Made by a program: the position numbers and the translations under genes
Shown: piece by piece, positions 36,379-47,100 of the stretch
How the letters are laid out: each line of letters starts with the position of its first letter
Numbering within the stretch: the first letter of the stretch is position 1
Virus record (IMG/VR): IMGVR_UViG_3300033407_000023
Span: 1-51,266 of that record
DNA length: 51,266 nt
DNA from: a virus
Lineage: Duplodnaviria > Caudoviricetes
Direction: 5' to 3' (one strand)
Notes under the pieces: generated by a model
Told to the model about the DNA's origin: nothing
Seen by the model: the letters and a program-made list of their open reading frames with translations, nothing else
The model's database searches: none

Positions 36379-37367
36379 TGGCATATGCTAACCTCTTAGC
36401 TCAGTCCTGCATAAATCCGCTTGAAACCTTCCAGAGGTTCAGGAATTTCATGTGCAAGCGGGTAAGTTCAAATGGCTCATACGATTACCAGCTTACCGGC
36501 ATTGGTTGGACGATGATTGATTCATTCTACGCGACCAATGAGTACACAGTCGCAGTAAACGACTACTTCGTTATGTACTCGGAGGGTGAAGACGGATCTC
36601 GGAAAATGTACTTCAGGGTCAAGCTGGTATCAAATTACATTGAAATAATGGGCTTTTTGCATTGGGATGCAACAACCCATACAGGAACGCAGCCGCATGG
36701 AATTGCAAACTCATCGTGGTATCAGCCAGTGGCGACGAATAATATTTTATGGGTGTATGGAGACTTAGACCAGGTTTCGGGGATATCCAAATATGGGACC
36801 ACGTATTATTTAATGTTATACGGCTGGCTGCCTGAGTCAAAATTTGATCAAACGATAACCGTTTGCCCTGGCAGCATAACGGCTGGCTCAAACAGAGTGG
36901 TGTCTTTTACTGCTGTCCCTGCAGCATGGCAGGTAGGCACCATATTATTTGTTTCCGATAATGTTAATATTGAGAGAGTCACAATAACCGCGATTTCTGG
37001 CAACAATGTAACGTTTGCCGCCTTTGTTGCTGCTTACTCAGCCGGGTCCCTTTTTACCGGCGAAAGGACAGAATACGCCGCGACCGGCCAGAGTTCTTCA
37101 GTTGACTTCTTAATAGCGCACAATGGCGCGAAAGACTTTGCTTGCAGCCTGGAAAGTAATTTAGAAAATCCGACAAGCGGTGATGCTCTAACCGGTCTGT
37201 TCCCGCAAAAAAGGATGTATTTCGTTAATACAACAATGAGGGCAGGGCCATTGAAAAATATTTTGGGAACTGTGACATTCACTTCAGAAACAACGCATAC
37301 GGTAGGAGCGACCGGATATAGATATTTCAGTTCTGGTAGTAGACATCTTTTGTTCAAGGAGGTGTAA
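36378..37367 (+). CDS. Putative tail/virion protein
   Basis: 329-aa Thr/aromatic-rich beta protein; TAATG coupling. Confidence 0.65.
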   Translation: MAYANLLAQSCINPLETFQRFRNFMCKRVSSNGSYDYQLTGIGWTMIDSFYATNEYTVAVNDYFVMYSEGEDGSRKMYFRVKLVSNYIEIMGFLHWDATTHTGTQPHGIANSSWYQPVATNNILWVYGDLDQVSGISKYGTTYYLMLYGWLPESKFDQTITVCPGSITAGSNRVVSFTAVPAAWQVGTILFVSDNVNIERVTITAISGNNVTFAAFVAAYSAGSLFTGERTEYAATGQSSSVDFLIAHNGAKDFACSLESNLENPTSGDALTGLFPQKRMYFVNTTMRAGPLKNILGTVTFTSETTHTVGATGYRYFSSGSRHLLFKEV

Positions 37368-37658
37368 ATGGCAGAGCTTGAGAATATTGACAACGATATA
37401 ATCTCAGACTGCACAGGCGATACATATGTCACTTGTGCCGGGACTGTCCGTGCTCCCCATGGTGCGGGTGTCTCCCGTAAGGTTGCGGTGTTTATGGATA
37501 ACAACCCGACTTATTTAATAGGCATAACAGCTTCTGTTTTGCCGCTAGGGACATTCTCTGTCTCTGTCATTGCTCTTCCTTCTACTGGATTGACCGTCGT
37601 TACCATTGGTGAAGTTGGGGAAAACAGCGTTATTAACTCTCATTGCAGGGAATTTTAA
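37368..37658 (+). CDS. Hypothetical virion protein
   Basis: AAGGAGG Shine-Dalgarno; abuts both neighbours. Confidence 0.65.
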   Translation: MAELENIDNDIISDCTGDTYVTCAGTVRAPHGAGVSRKVAVFMDNNPTYLIGITASVLPLGTFSVSVIALPSTGLTVVTIGEVGENSVINSHCREF

Positions 37659-38381
37659 ATGAGCTACACGCCGCAAGATATCCGTTACATGGACATTATC
37701 ATCGGGCCTGGGGATGTGACCAGTCCATATGTCTCTATGGATGAGCCTTTTGATGGAGTTGAAGCGGAAGTTGTAACCACAAATATCCTTGCAGTAGATA
37801 TGTTCGAGCCGCTATCTGTGACTGATTTGTTGGTGTTGACGACGATATTGCTTGATGGGGCAATGGTTGAGCCTGCTTCGATCTGTGACAGCACGGCCTT
37901 CAATTATAAGATGCTTGATGTGGCCATATCCGAACCAAAGGGAGTGTTGTATGGCGAGGCTGTCACGATAACCATTATCTCCGGCCAAGCCAAAGAGCGG
38001 GTGAGCAAGATGAACGGAGATTTCGGCAGTAATATCTTGATGGTTGAGCCGGTATCGGCTATCGAGGCCGTGGTTGTCAATCCGATATTGATTGACTGTG
38101 CCATATTCGAGCCTCGTTCCTCAATGTACTCAGACACACATGCCTGGAACACGATTTGTGCCGATATGAATGAGCCCTGGTCAGAGCTTTTTGCCGATGT
38201 GCTGACACACAATTCTATTGCATGCGAAATGGCCGAATATCTATCCAGCCTTTCATCTGTCTCAGTGACAGCCACCTATATCGATGGTGCAATGTCTGAG
38301 CCAGTATCAATCGCCATGGCCGCATTATCTGACCCGGCGACATACACACCAATAAAATTTAACAACTCTTGTGGGCTATAA
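37659..38381 (+). CDS. Acidic repeat protein (about 10 MxEPxS repeats), putative fibre/shaft
   Basis: About 21-aa periodic MDEP, MFEP, MVEP, ISEP, MVEP, IFEP, MNEP, MAEY, MSEP. Confidence 0.65.
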   Translation: MSYTPQDIRYMDIIIGPGDVTSPYVSMDEPFDGVEAEVVTTNILAVDMFEPLSVTDLLVLTTILLDGAMVEPASICDSTAFNYKMLDVAISEPKGVLYGEAVTITIISGQAKERVSKMNGDFGSNILMVEPVSAIEAVVVNPILIDCAIFEPRSSMYSDTHAWNTICADMNEPWSELFADVLTHNSIACEMAEYLSSLSSVSVTATYIDGAMSEPVSIAMAALSDPATYTPIKFNNSCGL

Positions 38382-38383
38382 AA

Positions 38384-39808
38384 ATGGGAACATACGTTGA
38401 TAAAGTCGGTGACGCCCCCTTTACCTGGGGCAATGGTGAATACTCCGGGACAGGATCGGATTTAACCAAGGATCTAGTCGAGGCTAAAGTCAATGCGTCT
38501 CTCGAAACCGCTGAAGACATGCTGGCACTGCTCGTTGGCAGTGACGGTAACAGTGGATACCTTGGCGCTCTCAATGCGGTTATTCAAGATTACGCAGCAC
38601 CGGAGATAGCTGCAATATCAGTTGCTGTTCCAGATTTAAGCGTGCCGTCCGACGCACGGCCGGCGATAAACATTTCAACGCTCGATGTCGATTTCCCAGA
38701 GTTTGATAAAACATCGCCATCGTTATCTGCCCTGCCTACTGTTGATCTTTCTGGACTCACTCCGGCTGAGACACCAGCAGCTATTACGGCGGCGATATCT
38801 TGGTTTGAATCAGCGCACGACACTACGCTGTTCGATAAGGTGATGACCAGGCTGATAGCTGATTTGCAAGCAGGAGCTACTGGCCTTAGTGCGGCGGTAG
38901 AGCAGGAGATATTTGATAGAGCACTTGCCAGGCAGACCATAGAAAATGATCGGCGGTATGAAGAGGTTGACAAGCTCTATTCCGGTTCAAGATGGCCGCT
39001 GCCTTCAGGGGCATATGTCGCGGGACTGAAAGAAGTATCAGACGATATTGCCAGGAACAACCTTGAGCTAAACGGCAAAATAATGATTGAACAGGCCGAA
39101 CTTGCCCAGAAGAACAGTCAGTTTATTATCACAGCTGCTAAGGATCTTGAAGCTGTACTGCGAGATTTTACCAGCAAGAAAAATGACAGAAGCCTCGACT
39201 ACTCAAAAGCTGTCGCAGCAAACGCAATTGCTATCTATGCAGAGGCGGTTAAGGCTTATCTCGCAGCAGCTGAAGCAAACAAGATGTATGTCGAGGTGCA
39301 AGTTGAAAACCTTAGGGCGGTAGTCGAATATAATAAAGGGTTGGTTGCATCATTCTCAGCAGAGGCCGAAGCATATGGCGTGATAATCGGCGCGAAGAAA
39401 GGGAAAAACGAAGCACTGATAGGAGCGTTCGACGCGGAGGTCAGGGGTTACGACTCAGAGACAAAGGCAATCTCTGAAAATCAACGGACGCAGATTGAAA
39501 GTTATCGGCTGAAAATACAGAATGCCGATCTCGAACTTAGGGCCGCAGTAGCTGAAGCTGAAAATTCTTTAGGTGGATTTATCTCTGAGTCGAGCCTGAG
39601 AGAGAAAGTTGCCGAGGCCATGGCAAACATCGCAATGCAGTCTGTCGCAAGTGCCTATGGCTCAGTAAATGCGAGTGTCGGTCTATCTCACCAGACTGGT
39701 CGGAGTCAGAGCGAGTCATTCAGCCATGGAGAAACCAGAAGCATCGGATGGGATATTAACAATAACCTTTCTGAAGGGCACTCTTTCGAACATGACCCAG
39801 CAACATGA
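38384..39808 (+). CDS. Coiled-coil virion/ejection-type protein
   Basis: Ala/Glu-rich helical composition; TGLSAAVEQEIFDRA and WPLPSG motifs. Confidence 0.7.
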   Translation: MGTYVDKVGDAPFTWGNGEYSGTGSDLTKDLVEAKVNASLETAEDMLALLVGSDGNSGYLGALNAVIQDYAAPEIAAISVAVPDLSVPSDARPAINISTLDVDFPEFDKTSPSLSALPTVDLSGLTPAETPAAITAAISWFESAHDTTLFDKVMTRLIADLQAGATGLSAAVEQEIFDRALARQTIENDRRYEEVDKLYSGSRWPLPSGAYVAGLKEVSDDIARNNLELNGKIMIEQAELAQKNSQFIITAAKDLEAVLRDFTSKKNDRSLDYSKAVAANAIAIYAEAVKAYLAAAEANKMYVEVQVENLRAVVEYNKGLVASFSAEAEAYGVIIGAKKGKNEALIGAFDAEVRGYDSETKAISENQRTQIESYRLKIQNADLELRAAVAEAENSLGGFISESSLREKVAEAMANIAMQSVASAYGSVNASVGLSHQTGRSQSESFSHGETRSIGWDINNNLSEGHSFEHDPAT

Positions 39809-40386
39809 TCCCCGCTAAACTTATAGTCACTGGTGACATTCCAAGAGGGAAGGAGTTTATAGGTTTCGCGAAAAACCAACTCTCAATTCTCCGAAATCAA
39901 ATGTCCTACCAGAAGCTAAACGAAGGGTTTAGGACTGTAAAGCCTTTTCCCGGCGTGGTTGTCGAGGTGTGGGCAAGTTTCAAGCTCGCTGAAATTAAAA
40001 TTCATGCGACGTCAGAAGAGGGCGGCGGACCGGGAGGGGATTTCAACAGAAAAGATGGGAGAAAGTGCTTGTGCCTGCCTCATTTCGCCCTGGGGGTCAT
40101 AGTATCTGCCGAGTACGGTGAAAACTCCGATGAAGCAGTCTATGACGCGGAGATATGCAGCTCCTCGAATTATGTAATGTACTTAGGGCTGATGTCAAAC
40201 GGGTGGGCCAGACATTATGTCGGGCAATACATCCTTGTTACTATTGGCGAAGAGATGGAGTCGTGGGATGTACCGTTTGATTGTAACAGGGAGTGCCTGG
40301 TCGATAATCCAAGGTTTGATATATTGATGATTTCACCAATAAGTATCTCCAATAAAATGCGTCGCTGGTTTTACGAGACGGAGTAA
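39805..40386 (+). CDS. Hypothetical virion protein
   Basis: ATGA-coupled ORF in the structural operon. Confidence 0.65.
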   Translation: MIPAKLIVTGDIPRGKEFIGFAKNQLSILRNQMSYQKLNEGFRTVKPFPGVVVEVWASFKLAEIKIHATSEEGGGPGGDFNRKDGRKCLCLPHFALGVIVSAEYGENSDEAVYDAEICSSSNYVMYLGLMSNGWARHYVGQYILVTIGEEMESWDVPFDCNRECLVDNPRFDILMISPISISNKMRRWFYETE

Positions 40387-40388
40387 CT

Positions 40389-42092
40389 ATGGGCTCAACG
40401 CATAAGCCAAACTATCCAGGGCAAGAAGTAGGATATTTCAAGTATCTTGCCACTGTTGATTTTCCAGAAACAATCCTGAGTAATTGTTGCATAAAGGAAG
40501 CCGTTGTAACGGGGATTCACAGCAGAACGGAAATAAACATTACCTGTGATGGAATTGATTTCTCTGCAGTTCCGGTACTTATCCATACCGACTGCGGGGC
40601 AAGAGTGGCTTCTGTAAAGGGAGTCGATCTGCCTGCAGAAGAATATTTTAAAAACTCTGCATTCATGTTTCCGTTTCTTGCTGGCGCGGCGACAGTACTG
40701 GGAACTACAGTTGACCCCACTGTTCTCGTGGTTATGCACACAAGACCAGGCACTATGGAAAAAACCTGCCTTGCCGCTATCAAGGTGGTGCGTGATTCCT
40801 TTAATCAAAAGGCAAACCTCCCCCCTACATATGAAGTGGTGGTTAAGGTCAATATAGCTGGCTACAGAGGATCAATATTAGAATTTTCCAAGGTGGCGTT
40901 GTTTAATATCATTGACAACACGGCATGTGACATCCCGACAATAGCCGGAGGAAAACAATCATTGCCGTTAATAAAGGCGGACGGCACGGCGAGCGAGACA
41001 TTAATCAACGCCTACCTGGACCGGGGAATTCTGATCGAGAAAGTTGCGACCACAGCGCTTAAGCTCACAGGCGATATGCCATATCCACCATCGGGGGTAA
41101 CACCAAATAATACAGCAACAATAATTGCATCATCAGGGACGTATTCCGTTGGCGGTTACGACACCTGTTATGACGACACAGGTTCGGCGATTACTCCGGC
41201 GATTACATACAATGAAGATATTCAAAGTAATTATCAAAACAAGACATGGACATACGGTTGTTACGGTGGGACGTTCGATTTTTATCAAGAAATCTATTGT
41301 ACCGACAAGCTGCCAAGTGGAGGGGAAATTACTGTATCCGCTTATTTCCCGACTCTGTTGATTTCTGAGCTGTTCTTTGCGGACATTGTTGGTCCGGAAA
41401 AAGTCCCTCTTGTCTTTGGTGAGGATACTTTTAATTTTTCAGCACTATCTTTCGACAAGGAATTTGCCAACGGATGGGCGTACCACTCCTCTTGTGTCGG
41501 TAGTTATAATCTGGAAACTGTTCAGGTTCTCGGCGCTCCAGGTATACACCCATGCGGAGATGCGATAAGCCAAACCTTCACAGAAACCGGGAGTGTCACT
41601 CAAACCATATCCATAGTCGGCCCATCAACGTCACAGACTTTTGTTAAAGACATGGGTGGCGACAGGACAACGGTTTTCAATTACGCAGGTAATGGATATA
41701 CCGGAACAATGGAAGCAAACAGCCAGGATAGCAATCATGCGAATCTTATTCTTATCCCGGCTTATGATAACCTTATCTGCAGCGTATCTATGTGCGGCAG
41801 ACTGATATTAAGTCAGGACACGTACACCACCAGGGAATTCTTTGGACCAAACTTTTCTACGACTCCCGGAACATTCAGCCAGGTCAAGTCGCCCTTGACA
41901 GCTGAAGTAATAGGGATAGAGCAGCCAGGTGAAGGATCGTTTATCGCGAGTACCGGGATATCCAGCCTTGTTGGTGATTTTCTGATTCAAGAAATAACCG
42001 CCGCCGGAATAACCGACATTTTGAATCTTACCGTGATTGCCGACCTGAATTTATATGTTGTGCCATTTAACTTAGAGGCAGCTCTTTTATAA
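40389..42092 (+). CDS. Putative tail/receptor-binding protein
   Basis: 567-aa Thr/Gly/Tyr-rich beta protein in the tail region. Confidence 0.55.
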   Translation: MGSTHKPNYPGQEVGYFKYLATVDFPETILSNCCIKEAVVTGIHSRTEINITCDGIDFSAVPVLIHTDCGARVASVKGVDLPAEEYFKNSAFMFPFLAGAATVLGTTVDPTVLVVMHTRPGTMEKTCLAAIKVVRDSFNQKANLPPTYEVVVKVNIAGYRGSILEFSKVALFNIIDNTACDIPTIAGGKQSLPLIKADGTASETLINAYLDRGILIEKVATTALKLTGDMPYPPSGVTPNNTATIIASSGTYSVGGYDTCYDDTGSAITPAITYNEDIQSNYQNKTWTYGCYGGTFDFYQEIYCTDKLPSGGEITVSAYFPTLLISELFFADIVGPEKVPLVFGEDTFNFSALSFDKEFANGWAYHSSCVGSYNLETVQVLGAPGIHPCGDAISQTFTETGSVTQTISIVGPSTSQTFVKDMGGDRTTVFNYAGNGYTGTMEANSQDSNHANLILIPAYDNLICSVSMCGRLILSQDTYTTREFFGPNFSTTPGTFSQVKSPLTAEVIGIEQPGEGSFIASTGISSLVGDFLIQEITAAGITDILNLTVIADLNLYVVPFNLEAALL

Positions 42093-42103
42093 AAGGATAA
42101 CTC

Positions 42104-42571
42104 ATGCAAACCATACGAACAAACTTAAAGAAAATCGCCTCGACTCAATACACCAACACCAGCTTCACCTCGATGTGCATGTTCAATGGGGTGGTGATTG
42201 GCGCAGGATCCGGTGGATTGTTTAAGGCGTGTTGCGGGGATAGTGACAACGGAACACCAATTGACGCGTACTTTATCCCATACACAACCGACCTGGGCAG
42301 TATGAACGAAAAGAGGCCGAGGGCTGTCTATGTCGGATTGCAAGGGGATGGTGAGCTGCAGTTGATGATTGCCGGTGATGGGAAAAGAGTGAATGGTCCC
42401 TTTACTATAACAGCGGATCCAGCCGAAGGGCCTCAGCAGAGGCGATTCCCGATCAATCGGGCTGAAGGTTGGATATATGGACAGTTCAAGTTTAATAATG
42501 TCGATGGCTCTTTCTTTGCCATCGATTTAGCGCAGGTGCTGAGTATCACCCATCAAAGGCGGAGAAGATAA
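42104..42571 (+). CDS. Virion structural protein (resembles a nozzle C-terminal platform)
   Basis: TQYTN..F.SM...GDSDNGTPIDA...TDLG...KR..VYVG. Confidence 0.6.
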   Translation: MQTIRTNLKKIASTQYTNTSFTSMCMFNGVVIGAGSGGLFKACCGDSDNGTPIDAYFIPYTTDLGSMNEKRPRAVYVGLQGDGELQLMIAGDGKRVNGPFTITADPAEGPQQRRFPINRAEGWIYGQFKFNNVDGSFFAIDLAQVLSITHQRRRR

Positions 42572-42617
42572 TAGTAATGGCAGGATTGATTTTGTACACC
42601 AACATGGAGGTGTAGGT

Positions 42618-43922
42618 ATGGTAGATAGAAAAGATTTTTTAACCAAAGAGAATTCAGACATGGGTTGGAAGTCCCGGCTGGCTTTAAACCAACAGATGAT
42701 GATATCAGAAAGGCTCGGACGGGCGAATGGGACAGCAGGGCAGCAAACGACTCCTCCTCCTCCACTTACCCCTGAACAGCAGTATGCCAGGGATGAGGTA
42801 TTTTATAACGATCCGAAAAACAAGTATGTGGCTGGAAGTGGAGGGGGATTGATGATCAACGGGCAGGAGGCAAACAGGGCTCCTGTCTATAGTGAAGGGT
42901 ATAAGCGGTTTGCAACTAAGAAAAACCAGCTTTATAACGATGAGCTGCAGGGGAAGAAGGACACGATGATTGGGGATATCAATCGTCTTCTTGCCGCAGG
43001 TGCTACTTATTCGCCTCAAATGGGTCGTGGATCCATAACTATGGGGGACAAAACTTTCAGCACAGAAAGTCCCGTACAGTTATCGGATATGAATACTCAT
43101 GATTTAACCAATCTGGCCGCTAGTATGGCCGGTCAGGTTGGGCAGGTAGCCCGGAATCAGGCGGTGGTAGGCGGAAACAAAGAGAGATATAATCAATTGC
43201 TTGACGTCCTCAAAGAAACCCCAAAGACAATTCCGAGTGAAAATGGAATGGGTGATATGCCGAATCCTGCTCATGCGGATGCCTTGAAGGCACTGCAGGG
43301 TTTTTCAGGCGGCGGAGCTGTGCAGGGACCGAGTTCTTCCAAGGGTGATGAATATTTCAATAAAGTTGTTCCCCAGGGACCTCCACCGATAAAGACCACA
43401 GATTCGCGGGTTGCTGGAATGCAGAGAAGAGGAATATTGCCCCCCGATGAGATGTTGGCAGCCCATGGTGGTAATACCGTTTTGGGGAATACCCAGGCGA
43501 TACCTGAGCCCGGCACTCCAGGGCAAGACACAAGAGGCCCGGAAAGCCTTGTCGTACAACAGCCAGTTAATGCGGGCGGGAGTGCCACCGGTAATGTTGG
43601 TCAAATCCCTGCCCAACCTCCGGCTATCCCGGCACAGCCCCAAGTGCCGCCAGGTGTTCAGGCGAGATTGGGTTTAGCCCCAAATGATCGGACACCGTTG
43701 TACACCAGCCCGGCACAGGATATGATGAACGACAGTGTCGGTAAAATTGGTGATTTTATTTATGACTATAATCTGGCAACGATTGGTTCTCGACTTGGAG
43801 GGCAGGTCCTTCAGGGTGTCGAAAATTTTGGAGGAAGGATCGCAAAACGTTTAAAGTCAGATGCTTCTCGAAACCGTTTGGCCTTAAGAAAAAGCGGCAA
43901 GACAGAAATGGCTGATCGATAA
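42618..43922 (+). CDS. Putative internal virion/ejection protein
   Basis: 434 aa, Pro/Gln/Gly-rich low complexity; GGAGG Shine-Dalgarno; lies just before the DarB-like gene. Confidence 0.6.
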   Translation: MVDRKDFLTKENSDMGWKSRLALNQQMMISERLGRANGTAGQQTTPPPPLTPEQQYARDEVFYNDPKNKYVAGSGGGLMINGQEANRAPVYSEGYKRFATKKNQLYNDELQGKKDTMIGDINRLLAAGATYSPQMGRGSITMGDKTFSTESPVQLSDMNTHDLTNLAASMAGQVGQVARNQAVVGGNKERYNQLLDVLKETPKTIPSENGMGDMPNPAHADALKALQGFSGGGAVQGPSSSKGDEYFNKVVPQGPPPIKTTDSRVAGMQRRGILPPDEMLAAHGGNTVLGNTQAIPEPGTPGQDTRGPESLVVQQPVNAGGSATGNVGQIPAQPPAIPAQPQVPPGVQARLGLAPNDRTPLYTSPAQDMMNDSVGKIGDFIYDYNLATIGSRLGGQVLQGVENFGGRIAKRLKSDASRNRLALRKSGKTEMADR

Positions 43923-44068
43923 AAGATAAATACATTGAAAATATTACTGTAATATGCCACTGTATACTTGTTAGGATGGCTCTCCCGCAGGGGAGAGCAA
44001 TAATGAAGTGAATAGGTAGAGAACCCGGATTGGTTTAAAGCTCCCAACAAATCGTTCGGGAAGATGCT

Positions 44069-44117
44069 AAGGCCCCGGATAGACGCACGATTGATGCGTT
44101 TGTCCGGGGCCTTTTTT
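44069..44117 (+). terminator. Intrinsic terminator upstream of the darB-like gene
   Basis: AAGGCCCCGGATAGACGCA/TGCGTTTGTCCGGGGCCTT followed by a T-run. Confidence 0.85.
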
Positions 44118-44162
44118 ATTTATGGTGGTCAGTTCTTTTAGAAACCGGATAAAGGTGAACGC

Positions 44163-47100
44163 ATGACAGGACAATCAATCCCTTCATGGGAAGAAATAGA
44201 AAGCAGTAAATCGTATCAAAATGCCCACCCTGATCATCGAAATCTGGCACGGCAACAGTGGTTGAACGATGGCGGGCTGGAGATCGAAATAAAGCAGCGT
44301 CTGGCTGCTCCTCTCCCAGTTGAAGAGCCTGCTGTCCAGCCCTACGCCCCAGAAAGAGGAATTGTAGGTGATATCGGCTCCAGGTTGGCAAGAGGTGCGG
44401 TCAGTACGGTTGAGTTGGCTGGACATGCGCTTGGCACTATGGGCGCTGATAAGATCGGCCGGAAATTAGTCCAGACCTCTGAAGGTTTGCTTAAAGACGT
44501 TGATTTTCTCAAACAAGATGAGAGTGAGGTGAAAGGAGAAGGTTTTATTAAGCGAGGGGTTATGGGCGGTGTTGAGTCTGCCGTACCTTCTCTTTCCGGA
44601 GGTTTGGGCGGTGCTGCTTTGGGCGCCGGGGTAGGGTCAGTTATTCCAGGCGTCGGAACCTTGGCCGGTGGGCTTATAGGCGGTGCGGCAGGTGCCCTTG
44701 GTTTATTTGGCGCCGGTGTCTATGGCAAGGAAAAAGAAGCAGCATTAAAGGCTGGGCTGAGCGAAGAACAGGCGCATAAGCACGGACTTGAACAAGGTGT
44801 TATTGAAGGCGGAATAGAGTTCATTGCCACGCCTATCGAGCTGCTTACAGGCGGTTTTGGCAAGGTCGCCACTCAACCGCTGAAAAGTACGATCAAAGAT
44901 CTTTTAAAAACTCCCCTCAAGACCATGGTTAAGAATTACGGCAAGACCATGGGAGTGGAAACCTCTACCGAAATGCTGCAGTCAGGACTTGGTAACGAAT
45001 TTGCCAAGAAACACGGCATGGCAGATGGGGCAACCACCGAGGCGGTTTTAGAATCCATCATTCCCGCTATTACCATGAGCTTGATGTTTGGCATGGGATC
45101 ACAGGCGCTCACTTCGGTACATAAGGGTCAGGTCAAAAAAGCACTTACCGATGAGACAGTTGATGAGAATACGCGGAATGCCGCTGTTGAAGAAGTTTAT
45201 GCACAAATCCTCCCGGAAGATGTCGAACTGGCAAATGTCTGGAAAGAGATGTCAACGGAAAGAATTACGCGGGGGGAGTCGATCAATATTGATGAAGATT
45301 TCACCAATTATGCCGTCAGGAAAAAGACCCTGGAACAAGGCAGTGACGAGGGTGGCTCTGATGATGTAGTGCCGGGTGCTTCTGTTACCTCCGAAGGGAT
45401 AACGGAAAATGCAACTTCTCTTCCCGAAGAACCAAAGGGGGTGTTGTCCCGTGTGGCTGAAAAGGTTCCCCGGCAAGTTGAAGAGATACTGCCTGCGGCA
45501 CCTGTTCAGGCTGCAGCTGTTGCCGAGCAGACTCCGGTGCAAAATGATCTTCTGCAGGGTGTGGCTAATCGCGCCAGTATTGAGAATGAACCTGGGACAA
45601 TGGCAGAGACAGGGGCACCAACAGAAAATTTCACCCCGGTTACTGCTGCCAACTCTCTGCAGGATATTGAGGATGAATATGGTTTTACCGTTGCCAGACA
45701 GGTGGAGAAGGCTCGGGCCGCAAAGGAAGATATTTCGATTGATGAGGCAATTAACCGGGCCAATACCGCAATTAAAGAGAGCGATGAGTACAAGGCTGCA
45801 GTCCTGCAGGAGCGGCGAACACTCCGCCTGACTCCCCGTGAGGCGATGACTCTGGCCAAGATGCGGCATGATGGAGTATCGGTTACCGCCGATACCGACC
45901 AGTTGAAAAAAGTCTATGGATCATTACAGGAAAAAGGTATTGCCGCCTTTGATGAGTCGAATGGTGGATATACGGCTGTTCCTGTCGGTGAATTGGTTAC
46001 GAAAGGTGAAGATTTAACTTTTAAGGAGAATGGCAATGATACTATGCAACAGGCTGGAAATACGGTTGATGTCCAAGGAGAGAAAGGCCGAGTTAACGAA
46101 GCATCAAGACCAGGCGAAGAATCTTCTTCTCATATTGGAGCAAAAGCCGAAAGAGACGGTCAGTCCCAAGTTAATAGCATTCCTGAAACTCCAGGCGAAG
46201 CAGCGCAGATGGTGGCATCTCATACAACGGAGCAGCCGGGAAAAGAAAATGTAGAACACCAGGCATTGCTATCTATCAGAAACCCGAAACACACTACACT
46301 GCCGACCGAGGCGCAACGTCCTGCATTCAAGGAACTGGTAAAGAACGGTTTTGCCACAACCGATGGGTACACCTATTCCATTACCAAAAAAGGGCAAGGG
46401 CGGCTTAAAGAATTAACTCCTCCTGTTGCCGGTACCAAAAATAAAAAAACTCTCTCAAAAAACAGAGCAGCTGCCACAAACCTGCCGGAGATCTCGGATA
46501 ATGAAACCGAAGGTTCAGGCTCACCCGTCGATTTAAACGACGGCGCAAAAAAAACAATTAAAACCGAGCCAGTCAATGATCGTCCAGAGCGTACTGAGAC
46601 GGCTACGGGAGCGGATGCAGTATTGCCGTCCATGAGTGATGAGGCTCCGCAGTTTTCGGCAAAAACAGAGGAGCGTGCTGATCGCCCAACCGAACAGAAG
46701 AATAATGAAGAAGACGAGCCAACCCTCGTGATAAAATATCTCCAAACAGGTAAAGAAGAGCATATCCCAATTAAAGACCTCAAAGGAAAATTACCCAGGA
46801 AGTCGACAGGAAAAACACCTGACAAAAACTTGACGCCATCTGCTGGGAAAGCTATAGTTGAAAAAATAACAGGAGGAAAGCAAAATGGAGAGTTACGCAC
46901 AGATAGCCCGGACGTTCCTCGCGAATCGGAACCCACAGGAACTTCAAAGGCTGGAAAAGGAAAAGACACTGGACGGGTTTCTACAGGACGTGGAGGAGCT
47001 GTACGGGGATCAGGAGCAGACAATAATCAGCCAGATGTCAAGCAACCTGCCGGAAGAAACAATGGCCAGAATGCAAAGTCTGAAGCAGGCTCAGAGGGTA

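Noticed and set aside
36378-42092. Diversity-generating retroelement or invertible tail-fibre cassette
   Set aside because: No reverse transcriptase, no TR/VR repeat pair and no inverted gene segments seen
43947-43962. LexA (SOS) box upstream of darB
   Set aside because: CTGT-N8-ACTG does not match CTGT-N8-ACAG, and the host's LexA motif is unknown
46373-47023. 216-aa ORF on the - strand within darB
   Set aside because: Codon-aligned antisense shadow (Ser/Val/Phe/Pro-rich) with no Shine-Dalgarno, unlike the +1-frame nested ORFs
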